This document shows positions 57,864 to 64,000 of a DNA stretch of 64,000 nt, in pieces (the first letter of the stretch is position 1; every line of letters begins with the position of its first letter). Source of the DNA: Candidatus Hermodarchaeota archaeon (lineage in GTDB: Archaea; Asgardarchaeota; Lokiarchaeia; Sigyniarchaeales; SOKP01); the NCBI GenBank assembly GCA_048885525.1, contig JBHLLP010000008.1, positions 47,735 through 111,734 of the forward strand, read 5' to 3'. The notes beneath the pieces were generated by a model. The model was not told where the DNA came from, ran no database searches, and was given only the letters and a program-made list of their open reading frames with translations. Made by a program: the position numbers and the translations under genes.

Positions 57864-59177
57864 TTATGAAGTCCAAGTATCTGATATTTTAGATACTCCC
57901 TCATATGATTTGCTTGCTTTTTTAAATGGAAGGCAATACATGAAATGCTCACCAGTTTCTCCACCAAGTGCAATCTTTCTTGGATTATCAAGCCCACAAC
58001 CAACGTGTTTATCTTTATCAGGGCACCTAGGATGAAATGCACAACCTTTAGGAGGATTTATTGGACTAGGGACGTCCCCTTCTAAGATAATTCTATTTAT
58101 TCTTGAAGTAGGATCGAATGTAGGTCGAGCAGATAATAAAGCTCTAGTATATGGATGTGATGGGTTAGTAAAAACATCTCTAATAGTTCCAACCTCGACA
58201 AATTTACCCAAATACATTACTGCAATTCTATCTGCTATATGTTGTACTACTGTTAAATCGTGGGTAATAAAGATATACGAAAAATTGAACGTATCCTGTA
58301 ATTCCTTCAATAAATTTAATATTTGAGCTTGAACGGATACATCTAAAGCTGAAGTCGGTTCGTCTAAAATAATTATCTCAGGATTGCATGCAAGAGCTCT
58401 AGCAATTACAATTCTTTGTTTTTGTCCGCCTGAGAACTCATGGGGATACCTATCTAAATGTTCCCTTTTCATTGATACAACTTCTAGTAATTCAAGAACT
58501 CGCTTTCGAATCCTTCTTTTTTTCGTTAGTCCCGCAAGGATTTTTAGGGGTTCACCTATAATATCAACTATTTTTCTACGCGGATTTAATGAGGCATCAG
58601 GATCTTGAAATACAATTTGAATTTTTTTGCGAGTCTCTTTACTGAAAGGTTTGAATAAATTTAAATGGTAATTGATTAAGATAGAACATATGTTAATAAG
58701 CGTTTTTTTTACATTATTTGGTAGTGATTTATTCTTTCTTATTATTTTATTGTATATATTTGCTATGTATCGCCTTATACGAACAAGAAAAGTCTTAAAC
58801 AGTTTTGTGGAAAGTAGAATTAAGGGTCCTCCAATAAGGATAATAGATGATTCTTTAATACTCTTTGGCTTTTTTTCTAAGATGCTTTCTTGTTTAGATA
58901 CTCCCTCAACAATTCTTTTTCTATGAAAGTAAATTTCACCTGATGTTGCAGGAACAAAATTTAATATTGTATTCCCAATTGTAGTTTTACCGCATCCACT
59001 TTCTCCAACTAACCCTAATGTTTCACCTTTATAGAGATCAAAAGTTACACCATCTACAGCTAAGACCTCTCCAATTTTTCGCTTAAAAAAACCTCCTAAT
59101 ATAGGGTAATATGTTTTTAGATTTTTTGCTGTGAGAACGACTTCTTTTTGTCCTTTTGATTTCGACATTTTATTCAT
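57864..59177 (-). CDS. dppF: Oligopeptide/dipeptide ABC transporter ATPase (DppF/OppF) with insertion
   Basis: GESGCGKT, FQDP, YPHEFSGGQKQR, LDEPTSALDVSVQAQI, PSPINPPKGCAFHPRC. Confidence 0.9.
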   Translation of the reverse strand: MNKMSKSKGQKEVVLTAKNLKTYYPILGGFFKRKIGEVLAVDGVTFDLYKGETLGLVGESGCGKTTIGNTILNFVPATSGEIYFHRKRIVEGVSKQESILEKKPKSIKESSIILIGGPLILLSTKLFKTFLVRIRRYIANIYNKIIRKNKSLPNNVKKTLINICSILINYHLNLFKPFSKETRKKIQIVFQDPDASLNPRRKIVDIIGEPLKILAGLTKKRRIRKRVLELLEVVSMKREHLDRYPHEFSGGQKQRIVIARALACNPEIIILDEPTSALDVSVQAQILNLLKELQDTFNFSYIFITHDLTVVQHIADRIAVMYLGKFVEVGTIRDVFTNPSHPYTRALLSARPTFDPTSRINRIILEGDVPSPINPPKGCAFHPRCPDKDKHVGCGLDNPRKIALGGETGEHFMYCLPFKKASKSYEGVSKISDTWTS

Positions 59178-59239
59178 ATCAGAATTTTTTATTTTTTACA
59201 CTATTTTCTATATATTTAATTGATTATTTTTGTTATATA

Positions 59240-60511
59240 TTATACTAAAGTAGAAGTTATTTTCTCTTCTTTTTCCCATTGATATTTTGGTGAATCTCGA
59301 TATTTAGGATCAAATAAATGACATGCAATAAAATATTTATCTCTTATTTCAATAAATTTAGGTTTCACTTTATCACAAATTTCTAACCTTTTATCACATC
59401 TAGGGTGAAATCTGCAACCTGATGGAGGATATATCAAATTTGGAACCATACCTCTTATAACATCTAATTTTTTATCTTTCTTTTCCAGACTCGGAATCGC
59501 ACTAATAAGTCCAATTGTATAAGGATGCCGTGGATTTTTAAATAGATCAACCGCGGTTGCATATTCAACGATATTACCACTATACATAACAGCAACTCTA
59601 TCACATAAATCTGCAATAATTCCTAAATCGTGCGTAATCATAAGAATTGATGTTTTGAATCTTTGTTTTAAATCTTTCATCAAATCAAGAATTTGTGCCT
59701 GAATTGTAACATCTAAAGCAGTTGTAGGTTCATCAGCAATTAGCATCAATGGATTACAAGAAAGCGCCATGGCAATCATGACTCTCTGTCTCATACCCCC
59801 ACTGAGCTCATGTGGATACCTCTTTAATATACCTTTAGCATCTGCTATTCCGACTTCTCCAATAATCTTAATAGATTTTTCTTGAATCATATCATTTAAA
59901 TTTGGTATATGCTTAGTACTTAATTTGAGATCCTCAATTTCTTTATTAATAAGTTCGTGATCTTCTTTTGTTAAACGATCATCTTCTTTTAAGTCTTTTT
60001 TAAACTGCTTAATTCTTTCTAAATTTTTCTTCCTACTTAAAATCCGTTCGTCCAAGATTTTTCGAAGTTCTTCCGTTTGGTGTAATGTAAAGACTTCGGC
60101 TAATTGATCTCCAACTGAAATAACTGGATTAAGAGAGTTAAGAGGATCCTGGAATATCATCGTGATACTATTACCTCGGATTCCCCTCATATCTTCTTCT
60201 GTTAATTCAAGCAAATTAGCTCCATTAAATAGAATTGTTCCCTCAAGAATTTTTCCGGGTGATCTTACTAACCGTACAATAGAAAGAGCGGTAACGGATT
60301 TACCACAACCCGTTTCACCAACAAGTCCAAGTACTTCATCTTCATAAATGTTAAATGATACACCATCAACAGCTTTAACAACTCCTTCTTCTGTATAAAA
60401 ATAAGTTTTAAGATCTTTAACTGAAAGTAACATTTTTGATTCTCTACTAATTTCAGAATCTAATTGATGAGCTTGTTCAATATTTCCTTCATTATTTGGT
60501 GTTACAGTCAT
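59240..60511 (-). CDS. dppD: Oligopeptide/dipeptide ABC transporter ATPase (DppD/OppD) with coiled-coil insertion
   Basis: GETGCGKS, FQDP, YPHELSGGMRQR, ADEPTTALDVTIQAQI, GCRFHPRC. Confidence 0.9.
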   Translation of the reverse strand: MTVTPNNEGNIEQAHQLDSEISRESKMLLSVKDLKTYFYTEEGVVKAVDGVSFNIYEDEVLGLVGETGCGKSVTALSIVRLVRSPGKILEGTILFNGANLLELTEEDMRGIRGNSITMIFQDPLNSLNPVISVGDQLAEVFTLHQTEELRKILDERILSRKKNLERIKQFKKDLKEDDRLTKEDHELINKEIEDLKLSTKHIPNLNDMIQEKSIKIIGEVGIADAKGILKRYPHELSGGMRQRVMIAMALSCNPLMLIADEPTTALDVTIQAQILDLMKDLKQRFKTSILMITHDLGIIADLCDRVAVMYSGNIVEYATAVDLFKNPRHPYTIGLISAIPSLEKKDKKLDVIRGMVPNLIYPPSGCRFHPRCDKRLEICDKVKPKFIEIRDKYFIACHLFDPKYRDSPKYQWEKEEKITSTLV

Positions 60512-60563
60512 CTTTAATTTTATCCTAATCTTTGTTAAATGTAAATTGTCTTCTAATATTAAG

Positions 60564-61574
60564 TTATATATTTCGTAATCTTGGATCTAAGGCGTCCCTT
60601 AATCCATCACCAGTTAACATAAATCCTAATACAGTAATCATTATCATAAATCCTGGCCAGAAAACCGCCCACGGAGCTGCAAGTATTTGAGGCCTTGCTT
60701 CAGCAATATAAAAACCCCATTCAACTAACCTAGGATCGTTAAAACCTAAAAAGCTAAGGCCTGCTAGTCCTAATATTACTCCACCAATATCAAACGTAAA
60801 TGAGATTAAGACTGGTTGAATACAATTTGGTAATAAATGCCGAAACATAATTCGAGCATTTCCGGCTCCTGCTGCTCTTGCTGCCTCTACATAGGGTAAT
60901 TCTCGTGCTTGTAATACTGAGCCTCTAATTAAACGTGAATATCCAGAAATCCCTAAAATTCCATAAGCCATAATAAAATATTCTAAACGTTGACCCCACA
61001 TCGCGATAAAAACTAAAACGAGAATCAAACCTGGAAATGCTAGGAACATATCCATAATCCTCATTAATACTGAATCAATCCATCCTCCATAATATGCTGC
61101 GATAGTACCGACAATAATACCAAAAAAGACAGCCATTAATATTGCGGGTAAGGCAATTGTTAAAGAAAATCTTGCTCCCCATATCAAAATAGATACGAGA
61201 TCGCGTCCAAATTTGGTTGTTCCTAAAGGATGTTCTGCAGATGGTGGAGAATATGGCCATTGATTTGGATGGGTCGGATTTGGGTAAAAATCTACGGCTT
61301 CATCTAATGATTGTGGTGCAACCCAAGGACAAAACACAGCAAACGTAACAATTACAAAAATTAGTGATATCCCTATTATAGTTAAGGTGGATTTCAATCT
61401 TCGAATGAATTTTCTTTTACTTATGGTTTTTTCATATTCAAACTCCTTTATTGCTAAATCTTCCATTATATATCCCGGAATAAGAAGAAACTTAATATAT
61501 GTTAAAATATTTTTCTTTGGTTTTTCAAGAACTTCAATTGTTTCTTCTAATTCTTGTTGTTTAATTTGTTCCAT
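60564..61574 (-). CDS. dppC: Peptide ABC transporter permease (DppC/OppC)
   Basis: HPLGT..FGRD, YVEAARAAGA, LSFLG, GDGLRDALDPR. Confidence 0.92.
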   Translation of the reverse strand: MEQIKQQELEETIEVLEKPKKNILTYIKFLLIPGYIMEDLAIKEFEYEKTISKRKFIRRLKSTLTIIGISLIFVIVTFAVFCPWVAPQSLDEAVDFYPNPTHPNQWPYSPPSAEHPLGTTKFGRDLVSILIWGARFSLTIALPAILMAVFFGIIVGTIAAYYGGWIDSVLMRIMDMFLAFPGLILVLVFIAMWGQRLEYFIMAYGILGISGYSRLIRGSVLQARELPYVEAARAAGAGNARIMFRHLLPNCIQPVLISFTFDIGGVILGLAGLSFLGFNDPRLVEWGFYIAEARPQILAAPWAVFWPGFMIMITVLGFMLTGDGLRDALDPRLRNI

Positions 61575-61600
61575 CTATTTTTTCACCATTTTTTATTTTT

Positions 61601-62617
61601 TTAATATCTTATCCTTGGATCTATAATTCCATAGATAAGATCAACTATTAAATTTATAATAACAAACAATAAAGCAGAAAAAAACACAAGTCCATTTATA
61701 AGATAGATATCACGTAAATTAATAGCAGCTACTAATAACTGTCCGACTCCTGCCATGGTGAAGGTTGTTTCAGTTAGAATTGCTCCGCCTAATAAACCAC
61801 CAAAATTTAATCCGATAATTGTTACAGTTGGGATTAATGCATTTTTTAGTGCGTGTGTATGTAAAACCTCCTTCTCTTTACAACCTTTTGCTCGGGCCGT
61901 TCTTATATAATCTTGTTGTAAAACTTCTAACATGCTTGAGCGAGTTTGTCGTGTAATTGAAGCTAGGGTTATGAAAGCTAAACAAAAAACTGGCAAAATT
62001 AAATGAAGTAGATAATCTATTGTAATATAGAATTTACCAGTGATTAGAGAGTCAATTAATCTAAAATTAGTTATTATGGGAGGGTCTCCATATTTCATTG
62101 TTTTAAATCCACCTGAAGGCAACCAATTCAATTGATAAGCAAATACATATTGAAGCATCATTCCTAACCAAAATACTGGGATTGAAACTCCTAAAAGGGC
62201 AATACCTCTAAAAGTGGTATCTTGCCATTTATTTCTGTGTTTTGCTGCAACTACACCAGTTCTAACTCCAATAAAAGCAGCAATTAATATTGAAAATACT
62301 GAAAGTTCAATGGTTCTTGGAAATCTCTCCCAGATCAGGTCCCAAACAGGTACTCCTCTATTAATGGCAAAAGATGCACCCCAATTACCTGTAAATAAAT
62401 CGGCAAGATATCTAAAATACTGCACAATTAATGGTTTATCTAATCCTAGATAACGATACATTGCCCAATATTGGTCCATTGTGTGTTGTATTGGTAATAA
62501 CGCTTGAACTGGATCACCGGGCATTAATTTGGAAAGTATAAATGTTATAGTTAACACTCCAAATAACACAGGGATTAAAGTTAGTAACCTTTTCATAATA
62601 TATGAAAGCATACTCAT
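61601..62617 (-). CDS. dppB: Peptide ABC transporter permease (DppB/OppB)
   Basis: PGDP, GLDKPL..QY, SIPVFW, DYIRTARAKG, HALKNAL, IDPRI. Confidence 0.92.
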   Translation of the reverse strand: MSMLSYIMKRLLTLIPVLFGVLTITFILSKLMPGDPVQALLPIQHTMDQYWAMYRYLGLDKPLIVQYFRYLADLFTGNWGASFAINRGVPVWDLIWERFPRTIELSVFSILIAAFIGVRTGVVAAKHRNKWQDTTFRGIALLGVSIPVFWLGMMLQYVFAYQLNWLPSGGFKTMKYGDPPIITNFRLIDSLITGKFYITIDYLLHLILPVFCLAFITLASITRQTRSSMLEVLQQDYIRTARAKGCKEKEVLHTHALKNALIPTVTIIGLNFGGLLGGAILTETTFTMAGVGQLLVAAINLRDIYLINGLVFFSALLFVIINLIVDLIYGIIDPRIRY

Positions 62618-62675
62618 ATCTCATAACCTCTTTCTTTTTTTTTATTTTTGTTTTTCCCTTTTTTATATTTATTAA

Positions 62676-63143
62676 TTAATAAACTCTGTATTTATCATAT
62701 TGTCTTCTAGAAATTGCAGCCAAAACTGCCGTGAAAGTGTTAATACTTAATAAAGATGCAATTGTAAGATAACCTTCATATCTAGTAAAAAATTGAGCAA
62801 TGATCGTAAGATCAAATCTCTCTACTATAAACCAATACCATATAAATGATAATCCGATTATAATAAAGGTTAGCCAAAAACTATTCCTTATTCCGTATTC
62901 AAAGAATTTTTCTCTAAATGCCATGAAAAATATAATTAATATTAGAATTACTAATGATAAAATCGAATATGGATTAAATAAAGCTTGATAAATGAATACT
63001 ACTTTTTCACCAATTGATTCATTGATGAGTTGATCAGCGGTTTTTGGGTATAGATTGCAAACATACCCAAAAAATACGAAATAAATTAATAATATTGCTA
63101 ATACAAAATTCGTTTGTCTTCCCAAATCAATTTTAATTGTCAT
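62676..63143 (-). CDS. Hypothetical membrane protein (4 TM)
   Basis: Hydrophobic ORF co-oriented upstream of dppB. Confidence 0.7.
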   Translation of the reverse strand: MTIKIDLGRQTNFVLAILLIYFVFFGYVCNLYPKTADQLINESIGEKVVFIYQALFNPYSILSLVILILIIFFMAFREKFFEYGIRNSFWLTFIIIGLSFIWYWFIVERFDLTIIAQFFTRYEGYLTIASLLSINTFTAVLAAISRRQYDKYRVY

Positions 63144-63346
63144 ACTGAATACTCCAAATCAATATTTTCTAATCCATAATTTTTAATTTTATTATTAATA
63201 ATAATTCTCGATCTATTATTAAATCTACTATTCTCAAGCCAGACTTTTAAGTCAATAGCCAATTGTTGCTTACTAATGACAACTTTTTTATTCTCATAAA
63301 ATTCTTTTAATATATCGGCGTAAATTAAAAAAGGGATAAAACTCAT
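63140..63346 (-). CDS. Small hypothetical protein
   Basis: 68 aa ORF overlapping the next start by 4 nt (ATGA coupling). Confidence 0.4.
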   Translation of the reverse strand: MSFIPFLIYADILKEFYENKKVVISKQQLAIDLKVWLENSRFNNRSRIIINNKIKNYGLENIDLEYSV

Positions 63347-64000
63347 CTTTCTAATGTTATTTTTTTTTAGATCTATTACTTCTATTGAAATAATTTCTTA
63401 AAAAAATGTATATTTTTTTCTTTATATTATTGATTAGTTTTATTTAAATTTTTGTTCATAATTTGAATCGTGTTATGTTTTAAGCTTTCTTCAAAATAAT
63501 AAATAATCTTATCATAAAACTGATTTTGCTTTGCTTCATATTTTTCTTACGTTGGATCATGCGTTTTTTTTAATGTTTGAAAATATTATTATAAATTCTA
63601 AAAGTATCAATGTAAAATACTTGATTAAAAGGAGATTTCTTGAAGTAAAAACTTAGAGTTATCTATGTTTCTTTTTAGGAATTTTTCTTTAATATACGAT
63701 AAGGAATTTCTTTATATTTTTTGTATTCAAAATTTATTAATTTTCAAATTTTAGTTAAAAAAAGTAATTCAAAATTAACAAAAAAATTGTTTATTAAAAA
63801 AATAATATAATCATCTATTAAAATCAAAAGAGATAGGATAAGTGACTACTCTATTAGTTATTTATCAATTCTCATTCGGATTAAAATTATTGAAATACAA
63901 AAAATTCGATTGCAGAAATATTAAAATAAAAATCTGTAAGTGCGAGATTGATTTGTATCATAATACAAGAAAAAAAAAAAAAATTAAAATTTAATATTTC

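Noticed and set aside
1036-62988. Many antisense or overlapping ORFs in the track (e.g. 1036-1473, 2622-2919, 22185-22503, 33168-33509, 45123-45506, 47912-48466)
   Set aside because: Shadows of well-supported genes on the opposite strand or in another frame; no motifs of their own
1-64000. Selenoprotein genes or SECIS elements
   Set aside because: The TGA-ending genes I checked (uL1, uL10, 15537-15950) look complete at the TGA and no convincing SECIS hairpin was seen by eye; a covariance search is needed to exclude them
63350-64000. Long AT-rich non-coding stretch as replication origin or CRISPR leader
   Set aside because: No ORB-like repeats, cdc6 gene or repeat-spacer array visible

Overview
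AT-rich (roughly 28-30% GC by eye) archaeal chromosome segment, most consistent with an Asgard archaeon (Lokiarchaeia-like). It combines archaeal ribosomal operons (uL11-uL1-uL10-P1; uS19 to uL15; eL34-cmk-eL14), secY with an EMC3/TMCO1-family gene, and several eukaryotic-signature-like proteins (Vps28, Yip1, roadblock, longin-like, OSTC/DC2-like, RPC34/TFEbeta-like, RING-like, a probable DPM2-like protein). It also carries selenocysteine machinery (tRNA-Sec with a 9/4 fold, SepSecS, SelB), intron-containing tRNA-Ser(GGA) and tRNA-Ile(UAU), vitamin ECF transport genes, RNA-modification enzymes, RecA-family paralogs and a peptide ABC transporter. Highlights read directly from the sequence: (1) two ribosomal protein genes missing from the ORF track (eL34, uS14) that can only start at AUU/AUA-type codons; (2) a two-intron tRNA-Ile with a UAU anticodon; (3) an identical 17-bp inverted-repeat motif upstream of two probable cobalamin-uptake genes; (4) a co-oriented coiled-coil/longin/Yip1/Vps28 gene run that may encode a membrane-trafficking module. 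No rRNA, CRISPR array or transposase was seen. Family assignments come from motif recognition, not database searches.
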